Below, piece by piece: positions 39,133 through 48,282 of a stretch of DNA of 64,000 bases. The translations under genes and the position numbers were made by a program. The notes below the pieces were generated by a model, which saw nothing but the letters and a program-made list of their open reading frames with translations, did not search any database and had not been told where the DNA came from. Numbering within the stretch: the first letter of the stretch is position 1; each line of letters starts with the position of its first letter. The stretch comes from an uncultured Elusimicrobia bacterium (GTDB taxonomy: Bacteria > Elusimicrobiota > Elusimicrobia > UBA1565 > UBA9628): positions 22,639 to 86,638 of the forward strand of contig CAZEAE010000002.1 in assembly GCA_964510095.1 (NCBI GenBank), written 5' to 3'.

Positions 39133-40207
39133 CCTCCTAGCCCTCGGCTTGGCCGCTTCCGCCGCGGCTCAGGACGTCGGCATGAAGGTCGGCTTCTCCG
39201 CCCGCCCGCTCGGAGGGATGTCGTTCTGGGTCGCTACGCGCGCCGCTTCCGTGATCTTCGAGACCGGGGAAAGCGACGCGGTGTCCCAGCCTTGGGACAG
39301 CGTCCTCATACAAGGAGAAAGCCCCGATCAGGGGGTCGACTTCGAATTCTCGCGCCGGCTGGCCTCGGGCGCCTGGGGCGCCTGGACGCCTGCCCAGATC
39401 ACGCGCCGTACGGCGGACGGACGGTTTTGGGCCCGCGCCCGGCTTGCGAAGGCCTCGCCGGGCAGCCTCCGCCTTCGCGGGCTCGACGCAGGCGTGCAAT
39501 CCGGCCATTGGCTCGAGATATACACGGTGGAGGCCTTCGATTCGGGAGCCGTCACCCAGGAGGCGCCAGGGCCGGCGCCTGCCGAGCCGCCTTCCGCCCC
39601 GCCCGCGCCGCGTCCGTTGGTGCATGGACGGCAGGAATGGGCCGCCCGGGAGCCCAAGGAGCCTTATACCCCTCACGCACCCGACCGGCTGACGCTGCAC
39701 CATACGGCCGGAAGGCAGACGGCCTCCCTCCAAGCTTCTCTCGATGAGGTCCGATTCATCCAGGATTTCCACCAGAACGGGCGGGGCTGGAGCGACATCG
39801 GCTACCACTTTTTGGTCGACCCCGCGGGCAACATATTCACGGGCCGCCCCGAGACGGTCCAGGGCGCCCACGTCAAGGAGAGCAACAAGGGCAACCTCGG
39901 CATCTCCCTGCTCGGCAATCACCATCCGCCCAAGGATCATCCCGTCACGCCCGCCGCGCTCGACGCCGTCACGGCGCTAGGGCGATTCCTCATCGGCGCG
40001 TACCTCATCCCCGCCGGAACCCTGCGCGGCCATCGCGATTTCAACTCCGGGACGGAATGCCCGGGGGACCTAGCCTACATGCGCTTGGGGGAGCTTCGCG
40101 GCCGCTTATCGCAGACGGGGGCCAAGCTCTCGGCGCCGCGCAAGCGCTTCCACGTCCCGTCTTGGGCGTCGAGCGCGCTGGATTGGGACGCGGGGCTCAG
40201 GCCCTGA
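39107..40207 (+). CDS. N-acetylmuramoyl-L-alanine amidase (Amidase_2/PGRP domain) with signal peptide
   Basis: Signal peptide MWKKPAAASLLALGLAASAAAQ. Amidase_2 zinc-site context (LTLHHTAG..., GWSDIGYHFLVD, GHRDF...TECPG). Confidence 0.85.
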   Translation: MWKKPAAASLLALGLAASAAAQDVGMKVGFSARPLGGMSFWVATRAASVIFETGESDAVSQPWDSVLIQGESPDQGVDFEFSRRLASGAWGAWTPAQITRRTADGRFWARARLAKASPGSLRLRGLDAGVQSGHWLEIYTVEAFDSGAVTQEAPGPAPAEPPSAPPAPRPLVHGRQEWAAREPKEPYTPHAPDRLTLHHTAGRQTASLQASLDEVRFIQDFHQNGRGWSDIGYHFLVDPAGNIFTGRPETVQGAHVKESNKGNLGISLLGNHHPPKDHPVTPAALDAVTALGRFLIGAYLIPAGTLRGHRDFNSGTECPGDLAYMRLGELRGRLSQTGAKLSAPRKRFHVPSWASSALDWDAGLRP

Positions 40208-40988
40208 AACCGGAGGCCGCGGCCCAGAGGATGGCGCCGCCGGCCAGCAGCCGATAGACCACGTAGGGGCGCAGGCTGAGGCTCCCCAGATTCGCAAGGA
40301 AGAACCGCACCGCCGCAAACCCCATGACCGCGGAGACGGCGATGCCCCAAAGGAAGGGGCCCGACGCGTCGCCGATCTGCAAATGGCGGAGCTTGAGCAG
40401 GCAGGCCCCCGCCGTGATCGGCGTCGATAGGAGGAATGAATAGCGCGCGGCCTCGGCCCGCGATAAGCCAAGCGCCAGGCCCGCGGTCAGGGTCACGCCG
40501 GAGCGCGATACCCCGGGGCAGATCGACAAGGCCTGCGCCAACCCGATGCCGACGGCGCCCGAGAGCCCTAATTGATCGAGAGCGCGCTTCTTGGTCCCCC
40601 AGCGGTCGGCCAGTTCCATGAGGACGGCGAAACCCATCAAGGCTGTGGCGATGCGCCAAGGCTGGCGGAAAGCATGCTCCGCCTGATCCTCCAGGATCAA
40701 GCCCGCGGCGACGGCGGGCAAGGTGGCGAGCACGAGAAGCCCCAAGAACCGCGCTTGGGCTCCGCGACGGTCGCGCGCCGCCCCGCGGAGGATGTCCAGC
40801 CAGTCGCGCCAAAAACAGCTCACCACGGCGGCCAGCGTGCCGATATGCAGGGCCACATCGAAGGTGAGCCCAGGGTCCTCCCAGCCAAGGACCCAAGGCA
40901 GCAGCGTCAGATGGGCCGAGCTGGATACGGGCAAGAACTCGGTCAAGCCTTGGACGGCGCCGAAGACCGTGGCCTGGCCGTAGGTCAA
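40197..40988 (-). CDS. uppP: Undecaprenyl-diphosphatase
   Basis: 263 aa. N-terminal motif VFGAVQGLTEFLPVSSSAHL and about 8 TM helices. TTG start. Confidence 0.9.
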   Translation of the reverse strand: MTYGQATVFGAVQGLTEFLPVSSSAHLTLLPWVLGWEDPGLTFDVALHIGTLAAVVSCFWRDWLDILRGAARDRRGAQARFLGLLVLATLPAVAAGLILEDQAEHAFRQPWRIATALMGFAVLMELADRWGTKKRALDQLGLSGAVGIGLAQALSICPGVSRSGVTLTAGLALGLSRAEAARYSFLLSTPITAGACLLKLRHLQIGDASGPFLWGIAVSAVMGFAAVRFFLANLGSLSLRPYVVYRLLAGGAILWAAASGFRA

Positions 40989-42634
40989 GGCTTTTCCGGC
41001 AGGACCTTGGGGATCATCACGAAGTCACGCTTCGAGGCCGAGCCCCGCGCGCCGACCCACGGCCGGTTGCGCGCGGCCGCATCCGCCAAGGCGTGGCGCT
41101 CCGCGGCCTCGACCTCCCGGAACGGGGGAGAGATCTCGTCGATGTACTTCGGCTGGTAGTCGGGGTGGCTGACTTCCAGCGTATAGCCCTTTCCGCCGGC
41201 GAGGGCTTCCACCGACACCTTGAAGCGGCCGGCGTCTCCGGTCGTCGCCTCCCCGCGCTGATTGCCGGAAGGATCCTTGAACGCGAGCTTGGCCGCATAG
41301 ACTGATTCCAGACTGATGAGATCGTAGACCGAGCCTTCGAAGACCCACATCGCCGCCGGAGCGGCTTTCGCGGCTTTGGGAGCTTCGGCCGGGCTGGGCT
41401 TGGACGGCGCCGTCGCTTGGCTGGCGGCCGGCTTGGCAAGCTCCGGCGGCTTCGGCGGATCCATGGGGTTGGGCCTATCCATCGGCTTCGGCGATTCGGT
41501 GGCGACGGTGGTGCGGGTCAGCGTAGGGGCGGCCGCGGGCGCAGGTACGGGCGCGGCTACGGGCGCGGGCTTAGGCACGACCACCGGACTGAGCACGGGA
41601 GCAGGGGCGGGCGCGGGAGGCTTCACGACGGGCGCCGTTACAGCCGTCAACGGCGCGACCGGCTCTGGCACCACGGCGATGGGTGGAGCTGGGGGAGGCG
41701 CGACGGCCTGCGGGGGCTTTTCGCCTGGCGGCGGGATGCGCACCGTATCCGAACCCTTCGGGAAAGGCGAGCGCACCGGCCCCTGGCGTCCTTCCGGCGC
41801 GACGGGGCGCATGACCAGCGCCATCGCGACGAGGAAGCCGATGCCGACGACGACCGCGCCGCCGATGAGCCAATGGTTCATCGTCACGCGCGGGCGCGGC
41901 AAGGAGGTATTGGTCGTCGGGGCCGTTTTGGGCGCGGCGGGTTTAGCCTTGGGCGTCGGCACGGGCGGCGGCGAGATGGGTTTAGCTCGGTCAGGGCGGC
42001 GCGCCGGAACCGGAGGAGGCGTGGGGGTCCGCGGCGCAACGGGCGTCGGAGTAGGCGTAGGTGGAGGGGGAGGGGTCCGCGGCGCGGGAGCCGGAGGTGG
42101 AGCGGCGGGCTTAGGCGGCTCCTTCGCCGGGACCTTCGTCTTCTCCGGCGGTTTCGCTGGAGGCTTCGCGCTTCCGGGTATAGAAGGAAGCTCATCGGCA
42201 TGCAAGCCGATCTCGGGCGGCGGCCCCGTCACCTTACCCAAGGTGGGGATGGAGAACCCGGGGATGCTGTCGTTAGGCTGCACCTTCATCGGCGCGCGCG
42301 GGACGGCCCTGACCGGTTTTTCCGCGGGGGCGACCTCGGGTTGAGCCTCAAGGTCTTCTGGCGGCTCCGGCTCCTTTGGCTTGGGGGCCTCGGGAGGTTT
42401 GGGGGGCGCTTTGACGGGCTTAGCCGCCGGCAATTGAGGGGTGGCGGCCTTTTTTTCCACCGACGGCGGAGCCTCGACTTTCACGGCCGGAGGCAGCTGC
42501 GGGGTCTCTACTTTGACCGGCTCCGGCGGGTCGTCGGTGATGCGTTTAAAGGCGATGAAATCCCAATGACAAGAAGCGCACCTGGTGGCTTCGTCGTCGA
42601 CTTGGGCACCACAACTTGGACAGCGGGAGATCAT
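40985..42634 (-). CDS. Zinc-ribbon / proline-rich bitopic membrane protein with C-terminal carboxypeptidase-regulatory-like beta domain
   Basis: N-terminal CPSCG...CASCH zinc ribbon. About 230-aa Pro/Ala/Lys-rich repeats (PPKPPEAPKPKEPEPP...). One TM helix (LIGGAVVVGIGFLVAMALV). C-terminal segment GRFKVSVEALAGGKGYTLEVSHPDYQPKYIDEI. Confidence 0.6.
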   Translation of the reverse strand: MISRCPSCGAQVDDEATRCASCHWDFIAFKRITDDPPEPVKVETPQLPPAVKVEAPPSVEKKAATPQLPAAKPVKAPPKPPEAPKPKEPEPPEDLEAQPEVAPAEKPVRAVPRAPMKVQPNDSIPGFSIPTLGKVTGPPPEIGLHADELPSIPGSAKPPAKPPEKTKVPAKEPPKPAAPPPAPAPRTPPPPPTPTPTPVAPRTPTPPPVPARRPDRAKPISPPPVPTPKAKPAAPKTAPTTNTSLPRPRVTMNHWLIGGAVVVGIGFLVAMALVMRPVAPEGRQGPVRSPFPKGSDTVRIPPPGEKPPQAVAPPPAPPIAVVPEPVAPLTAVTAPVVKPPAPAPAPVLSPVVVPKPAPVAAPVPAPAAAPTLTRTTVATESPKPMDRPNPMDPPKPPELAKPAASQATAPSKPSPAEAPKAAKAAPAAMWVFEGSVYDLISLESVYAAKLAFKDPSGNQRGEATTGDAGRFKVSVEALAGGKGYTLEVSHPDYQPKYIDEISPPFREVEAAERHALADAAARNRPWVGARGSASKRDFVMIPKVLPEKP

Positions 42635-42668
42635 CTTCGGGCGGGAGGCCCGACCTCATTCTAGCTTT

Positions 42669-45600
42669 TTATTCCCGCTTCTTGCGAGTCAACCCGAGGA
42701 TGTAGGGCAGGTTCGAGTGCATGGCCAAGAAGCCGATGGACAATGCGGCCGCCGCTTGCAGGCCGAGCCTCAGCAAGTAGCGCGACATGGGGTCGTCCTT
42801 GGACTTGTTGTCGGCATCGAGTTCGTAGCGGTGCTGAGCCGGGGGCAGGTAGGTGTAGCCGTAGTCCTCGCCCTCCGGGCGGGGGGCGGCCGCGGGCTGG
42901 GAGGCCGTCGCAGGAGCGGAGGTCGAGCCGGCGTCGCGGCTGCGCTCCGCTATCGGAGCTTCCTCGGCGTTCGACTTGAAGACCGGGGCCTTGGGATTGA
43001 AAGTGGGCATGCCGGCGGAGCCGCCGGCCGGACCGCCGGTGGGGCCTTGCCCGTTGCGGACCTCAAGAGGCGACTTGCGTTCTTTCGAGCCATCGAAACG
43101 CGAGGCTAGAGAAGGCGTAGGCTCATGACCGCCGGCCAGGGCGCCCTCATTGGGGGTCATCAAAGATTTGGGGCGAGGCGCCGCCAGGTCCGGCGCGCTA
43201 GCCGCGGCGATCGAGCGCGGCGCCGCAGGGCTGATGTCGGCTGGAGCCGGAGTTCCGTTCATGGCCATCTGATTCGAGGGTGCAGGGTCCTGAGAGGCTC
43301 CGCCGCCGCCACCACCGCCTCCACCGCCACCGCCGCCTCCACCACCGCCACCGCCTCCACCACCGCCCCCACCGCCGCCTCCAGCACCGCCCCCACCGCC
43401 GCCGCCCGAAGTGTCGCCGGATTTGTTCCCGCCGCCCTTATCTCCGCCGGCAGGGGCGGCACCGCCGCGCGATGCGGTCGTATCCCTATTGTCAGCCGCG
43501 GGGCGAGTCGTCTCGGGGGCTTTCTGCTGGACCTGCTGCGGAGGCTCAGGGCGCCGCTCTGGCTCGACTTCGGGCTCCGGCTTTTCCGGCAGGTCCGGAG
43601 GCTGCGGGGGTTCGTTATGGATCACGCGGGGAACTTCTTCCTCCAACTTGCGAGGCTCCTCTTTGGGGGCTTCCTTGGGGATATGGGTTTCTTCAGGGGG
43701 CTTCACGAAGACGGAGGCGTAAGGCAACACCACGGTGCTGCCGGTCAACGGCTTCTTGACCACATCCTTGACCTTCTCCCAGACGGACTTGGGCTTGATG
43801 GGCTCTTCGCCCTTGAGTTTGGGGGTCTCCTTGACCGCCGGCGTATCCTTGGCCACCGGTTTTTCCTTGGCCGCGGCTTCATCCATGAATGATCGGCGAG
43901 GGATCTTGACGCGTGGCTTCCCATCGGGACCAAATTCTCCCTCGACGATCTTGGGCGCCTCCGACTTGATGCGCGGCTTGCCGTCAGGGCCGAACTCGCC
44001 TTCGACGATCTTGGGGCTTTCCGCCTTGACCCGCGGCTTGCCGTTGGGGCCGAATTCTCCCTCGACGATCTTGGGAGCCTCCGATTTGACGCGCGGCTTG
44101 CCGTTGGGGCCGAATTCGCCTTCGACGATGAGCTTGGGAGTCGCTTCCAGCGGGCGCTCGAGGACGGCCTTGGGTTCGATGATCTCGCCGGCGGCTTTTT
44201 TGACGCGCGGCCGGCCATTGGGGCCGAACTCTCCTTCCACGATCTTGGGGGCTTCGTTCTTGACGCGGGGCTGGCCGTTGGGACCGACCTCGCCCTGCAC
44301 TATTTTGGGCGCTTCGCTCTTGACGCGCGGCTTGCCGTCGGGGCCGAACTGGCCTTCGACGATCTTGGGGGCGGCCTTCGAGAAGGGCTTGCCGTCGGGG
44401 CCCAGCAGCGCCGGGGCTTCGCCGGAGAGCGGCCGGCCGTCAGGCCCCAAAAGTCGGGGCTTCGCCGCCCCCGCCGTTTCGGCCGTCACCTCGATGATGC
44501 CGCCTTTTTTGGGCGCCTGGACCTCGAGGACCGGAGCCGCCTCCTTGACTATCTTGGCCGACGGCGGCAAGGACCCCTCCGCGACCGCGACCGCGGCGGC
44601 GGGCCCGCCCGTCCCGGCGGCGCCGCCCTTTTCTCCCGCCGTCATCTTGAAATTGGCCTTCCCCTCGCCTACGCCCTCGATCGCCCCGGCCTGCACCTTG
44701 GCCGCGCCTTCCGCGTTGATCTTGGCGGCCTCGACCGTGGCCGTCTGCAGCGCCTTGTCGGCCTTTTTGGATTCGAATACGCTCATGAAGCCTTCTTTGA
44801 AGGTGGTCAGCAGGCTCTTGGCCGCGGGAGCCGCCGCCGGCCCGCCCGTCGCTGTCGCGTCGGGCACGCCGCCTTGAGCGGCCGGCTGCGCTTGCGCGCT
44901 GGCGGATTCCGCGGCGGCCTTGGCCTGAGCCTCGGCCGCCTTTCCGGCCTGAGCGGTATCCTTCAGCCCCTTCTCAAGCTCCAGCAGCTTGGCCTTCTCG
45001 ATGCCCAGGGCCTTGGCTTCGGCGGCCGCGGCCCGCTTATCGCGCATGCCTTTGGCCATGACCGCCAGGAAGGCCAGGTCCGACAGGTTGTGCGACACCT
45101 GCATCGTGGCTTTGTCGTCCCAGGCCTTGTCCCCCGTCACGGCGTCGGCGACGTTCATCGTCGTGCGCCCCAGGCCGTCCGCCGCGCTGGCGACGAAAGG
45201 CACGACCATCAGCAGGGTGACCGTCGTGTCCAGGGCCTGCAGGCCCTTCACGCCCCAAACCGCCGCCTTGGCGCCGTTGGCGAAGGCCGCCGTGGCTTTG
45301 ATGGCGACGATCGCCTCGCCTAAGCCGAACGTCGCCAGCACCAAGGGATTGAGCAGGCTCTCCGCCACGTTCTCCACCGCGCCTACGACCACTCCGGCCG
45401 TGGTATAGCCGTTCTCGATGAGCCGCTTGCCGTAGGTGCTGGCGCCGTACTCGTTGCGGACCGTCTGCGCCGCCTCTTTGGCGGTGATCGGAGCGTTGAC
45501 GGACTGCTCGATGACGTCGGGAGACATCGGGAAGGGCTGGTCCTCCAGATTCTTGCGCCGGAGCTCGCGGACCTTGTCGTAAAGCCTCCGCCGGGCTCCC

Positions 45601-48149
45601 GGAGTCAAGCGGTCGATATGCCCTTGGTCGTCGACCAGCAGGTTGGCCAGAGGGTTCTTCGACATGCTGCCGACCATCTCCAGACTGGCGGTGTCGTTGC
45701 CGAAAGCGGCGACGGTCATCTGGGGGATGGCCACGAGGCTCGTGTAGGCCGTCTTGCCCACGTTGCCGCAGAAACCGAGGACATCACTGAGGATGGGGAC
45801 CTTCATGATCCCCGAACCGACCCCGCCCAGCCAGGATTCGCCCTCCTTCACCGTCACGTCCTTGATGAAGTCCTTCTTCGTTTGGTTCCAGCCGCCCTGC
45901 GCCGCCGAGCCCTTCCAGGCCGACTCCTTCAGCCAGATCTTCTTGATGTCGTTGGTATAAGCCCAAGGGCCCCAGCCGTGGTCCTCGGTGTCGTCGGAGG
46001 CGGCCCATTCGCGCCGCGTGCCCCACGGCGTGTACTCCCGCCAGGCGCCGGGGTGCTCCTGGGAGGGCGTGCCATCCGAGCCCAGCGTGATGGCGCCCAT
46101 CAGCGTGAAGCTGGTCTTTCCGGGCTGTTTGTAGGTCTCCAAGAACTGTCCGGCGATGATCTTCTTCTGGCCGTTGCTGCGCTCGAAGATCAGCTTGTAG
46201 TTGCCCTTCTCGTCGACGCAGAAGCGGATCGCCGCCGGACCGTCGGCCAGGTCCGTCGGCTTGTATTCGTCCGCGTCGAATAGGAAGTTGCCCAGCGCGA
46301 CCTTGCGGGTGCCGTCCTGATCGGCGACCCCCAGGATCTTGAGGAGCTCCTCGGCCAGCGCCCTGCTGGCCTTGGCGCGCTCCTCTCCGCGCGCGATCTT
46401 GAGCAGGCCGGCCAGCGAGACGTCATAGGTCAGGAATTTCCCTTTAGGGTCGATGATCTTGTTGACGTGGGACGAGAGGATCAGGATGCTGTTGTCGTTG
46501 CCCAGCACGATCCGGTTGATCGTGATCGAGCCGTCATCGTTGAGCGTGCCGTACTGGAACTTATATAGCGGCGCGTCGGTCTTGCCTAGGTTGAGGTTGG
46601 TGATCTTGGTCGAGCGATCCTCGGAGGTGGCGATCTCCGTGCCGCGGCTGAAGTCCGTCATCGTCCGGACCCCGCCGTTGTCCTCGACCTTGGTCTCCAC
46701 CGAGCCGTCGGGATTGAAGACCTTGATCCGGGTCACCTTCTTGGCGATGTCGGCGAATTCCTCCCGCAGGACCCGGCCCGTCTTCTCGTCGATGATCCGC
46801 GTCTGGGCGAGCCGGAGCTGCCTCTCCGCGTCGAAGAACGCCCGGGTGCGGACCTCTTTTCCGGTGACGGGGGACCGGGCCACGCTGAGCGCGGAGTCGT
46901 CGTCGCGGCCCTGCCCCTGGAATCTGGAAGTGCCGTCCTTGTAGTGGTATTGGAAGCCGAGGAAGACCGTCCCGCTCTCCTGCTGAGCCGAGAAGACGAT
47001 CTTGGTGACGGGGGGCTCGGCGGGAGCCCCGACCTCCCAGGCCTCGAAAACGGTCCCCACCGGGATCGCTTGCGAGAGGAAGGCTTGCTGGAGGAAGACC
47101 TTGTACATGGCCATGTCGACCATATAGAGGGCCAGCGGCATGTTGGTCTCGGCGATGACCTTCATGCGGCGCTGCTCTTCGGCGGCGTCCTTGGCCGGGC
47201 CCTTGATGCCGTTCGTCTCCAGGAGGAACCTGCGGGTCTGCTCCAGATGGGCGATGAGGCTCGGCAGGCCGACGAACGCGTCGGGGTCGCCATGGGAAGC
47301 CAGGATCGCCTCACGGGCGCCGCGCAGCAGGGACCTCCGTTTGTCCAAGCGGTCCGCGGTGAAGAGGCGCTCCTTGGCGTCGGGGAGGAGGTTGAGGAAG
47401 GGGGAGGCGGCGTCCTCGGCGGCATCCGACAATCCGGGCCCCTTGACGTTCTTCACCGCGCCCTGGACGCCGGGCGCCGGAGGGCTGAGGTCCAGATCCT
47501 TGGGCTTGCCGCTCTGAGCGTTGGGGTTGCGGGGATCGGCGAATTCGATGGGGCTCTCGGCAAGCCCCTTCTGGACTTTGGCGAGCCGGGCCTGCGCGTC
47601 GGGGAGGCCGCCGAGGCGCTGCTGCAGGTTCTCGAAGATGCGCGCGGCTTGGCTCGGGTCGGCTGCGGCATCGCGCAAGCCGCCGACCAGGGCCGCCACG
47701 GTGGCTCCATCGCCTTGCTTCGGCCCGGCGCTGACGGCCTCGACGAGCGCCGTGACCTGAGGGTTGGGCTGGCCGCTGCCCCCGAGCGTCAAGCTCTTGG
47801 TGCTCTCGAGCAGGGCTGAGACCTTCTTCACGTCATCGCGGACTTTCGCCTGCTCGGAGGCCAGCATCGAGCCTTCGGCGAGCATGGCCTCGACGCGCTT
47901 GAGGCGCTTCTCCAGGTCCGCGACCGAGGCTTTCTTCTTGCCGCGCAGATGCGCCAAGAGGTCTTCATTGAGGCTCTGCAGCTCGCCGCGCGCCTGCATC
48001 ACCGTGCCGGAGTTCAACGTGATCGTGGGCGCGCCGGCCATGGCCAGCTGCTGGTCGGAGGCGAGGGAGGGGCCGGCGCCGAAGGCCAGGACGGCCGCCA
48101 ACGACAGCGCCGATAGGGGTCTGGGTCTTTCGGTCCCGGCCATGCCCAC
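42669..48149 (-). CDS. Giant (1826 aa) signal-peptide-bearing, C-terminally TM-anchored protein of unknown function with poly-Gly tract and tandem 20-aa repeats
   Basis: N-terminal signal peptide. Coiled-coil and unknown globular regions. 8-9 tandem repeats SEAPKIVEGEFGPNGKPRVK. Lys/Pro/Glu-rich linker. 35-residue Gly homopolymer. C-terminal TM helix LLRLGLQAAAALSIGFLAMHSNLPYILGL followed by TRKKRE. Confidence 0.75.
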   Translation of the reverse strand: MGMAGTERPRPLSALSLAAVLAFGAGPSLASDQQLAMAGAPTITLNSGTVMQARGELQSLNEDLLAHLRGKKKASVADLEKRLKRVEAMLAEGSMLASEQAKVRDDVKKVSALLESTKSLTLGGSGQPNPQVTALVEAVSAGPKQGDGATVAALVGGLRDAAADPSQAARIFENLQQRLGGLPDAQARLAKVQKGLAESPIEFADPRNPNAQSGKPKDLDLSPPAPGVQGAVKNVKGPGLSDAAEDAASPFLNLLPDAKERLFTADRLDKRRSLLRGAREAILASHGDPDAFVGLPSLIAHLEQTRRFLLETNGIKGPAKDAAEEQRRMKVIAETNMPLALYMVDMAMYKVFLQQAFLSQAIPVGTVFEAWEVGAPAEPPVTKIVFSAQQESGTVFLGFQYHYKDGTSRFQGQGRDDDSALSVARSPVTGKEVRTRAFFDAERQLRLAQTRIIDEKTGRVLREEFADIAKKVTRIKVFNPDGSVETKVEDNGGVRTMTDFSRGTEIATSEDRSTKITNLNLGKTDAPLYKFQYGTLNDDGSITINRIVLGNDNSILILSSHVNKIIDPKGKFLTYDVSLAGLLKIARGEERAKASRALAEELLKILGVADQDGTRKVALGNFLFDADEYKPTDLADGPAAIRFCVDEKGNYKLIFERSNGQKKIIAGQFLETYKQPGKTSFTLMGAITLGSDGTPSQEHPGAWREYTPWGTRREWAASDDTEDHGWGPWAYTNDIKKIWLKESAWKGSAAQGGWNQTKKDFIKDVTVKEGESWLGGVGSGIMKVPILSDVLGFCGNVGKTAYTSLVAIPQMTVAAFGNDTASLEMVGSMSKNPLANLLVDDQGHIDRLTPGARRRLYDKVRELRRKNLEDQPFPMSPDVIEQSVNAPITAKEAAQTVRNEYGASTYGKRLIENGYTTAGVVVGAVENVAESLLNPLVLATFGLGEAIVAIKATAAFANGAKAAVWGVKGLQALDTTVTLLMVVPFVASAADGLGRTTMNVADAVTGDKAWDDKATMQVSHNLSDLAFLAVMAKGMRDKRAAAAEAKALGIEKAKLLELEKGLKDTAQAGKAAEAQAKAAAESASAQAQPAAQGGVPDATATGGPAAAPAAKSLLTTFKEGFMSVFESKKADKALQTATVEAAKINAEGAAKVQAGAIEGVGEGKANFKMTAGEKGGAAGTGGPAAAVAVAEGSLPPSAKIVKEAAPVLEVQAPKKGGIIEVTAETAGAAKPRLLGPDGRPLSGEAPALLGPDGKPFSKAAPKIVEGQFGPDGKPRVKSEAPKIVQGEVGPNGQPRVKNEAPKIVEGEFGPNGRPRVKKAAGEIIEPKAVLERPLEATPKLIVEGEFGPNGKPRVKSEAPKIVEGEFGPNGKPRVKAESPKIVEGEFGPDGKPRIKSEAPKIVEGEFGPDGKPRVKIPRRSFMDEAAAKEKPVAKDTPAVKETPKLKGEEPIKPKSVWEKVKDVVKKPLTGSTVVLPYASVFVKPPEETHIPKEAPKEEPRKLEEEVPRVIHNEPPQPPDLPEKPEPEVEPERRPEPPQQVQQKAPETTRPAADNRDTTASRGGAAPAGGDKGGGNKSGDTSGGGGGGGAGGGGGGGGGGGGGGGGGGGGGGGGGGGGASQDPAPSNQMAMNGTPAPADISPAAPRSIAAASAPDLAAPRPKSLMTPNEGALAGGHEPTPSLASRFDGSKERKSPLEVRNGQGPTGGPAGGSAGMPTFNPKAPVFKSNAEEAPIAERSRDAGSTSAPATASQPAAAPRPEGEDYGYTYLPPAQHRYELDADNKSKDDPMSRYLLRLGLQAAAALSIGFLAMHSNLPYILGLTRKKRE
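43300..43406 (-). repeat. In-frame (GCC/ACC/TCC)n microsatellite encoding a 35-residue polyglycine tract (one Ala) in the giant protein
   Basis: Plus strand reads ccgccgccgccaccaccgcctccaccgccaccgcc... for about 105 nt. Minus-strand codons GGC/GGT/GGA. Confidence 0.8.
43903..44420 (-). repeat. Tandem 60-bp coding repeats (about 8 copies, degenerate at the 3' end) encoding the 20-aa unit SEAPKIVEGEFGPNGKPRVK
   Basis: Repeating plus-strand unit cgcggcttgccgttggggccgaattc[gt]cc[ct]tcgacgatcttggg[ag]gc[ct]tccga[ct]ttgac, near-identical in the first four copies. Confidence 0.8.
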
Positions 48150-48282
48150 AGTGTAGTCCTTAAGGTCCTAGAGCGTCAGTGTCCTAAGGCCCAGAGGACC
48201 ATAGGTCCAAGGGCCTAGGAGGCAGGATTAGTATAACCGGAAAGGCGGGAAATGCAAGCGGGCCGGCGGCGCGAGCGAGAAG

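Noticed and set aside
43300-43406. Intergenic microsatellite / G-quadruplex-like (GGN)n tract
   Set aside because: It lies inside the giant ORF and is read in-frame as polyglycine. It is not intergenic.
43903-44420. Possible CRISPR array
   Set aside because: The repeats are 60-bp in-frame coding repeats with no unique spacers and no cas genes nearby. They are protein tandem repeats.
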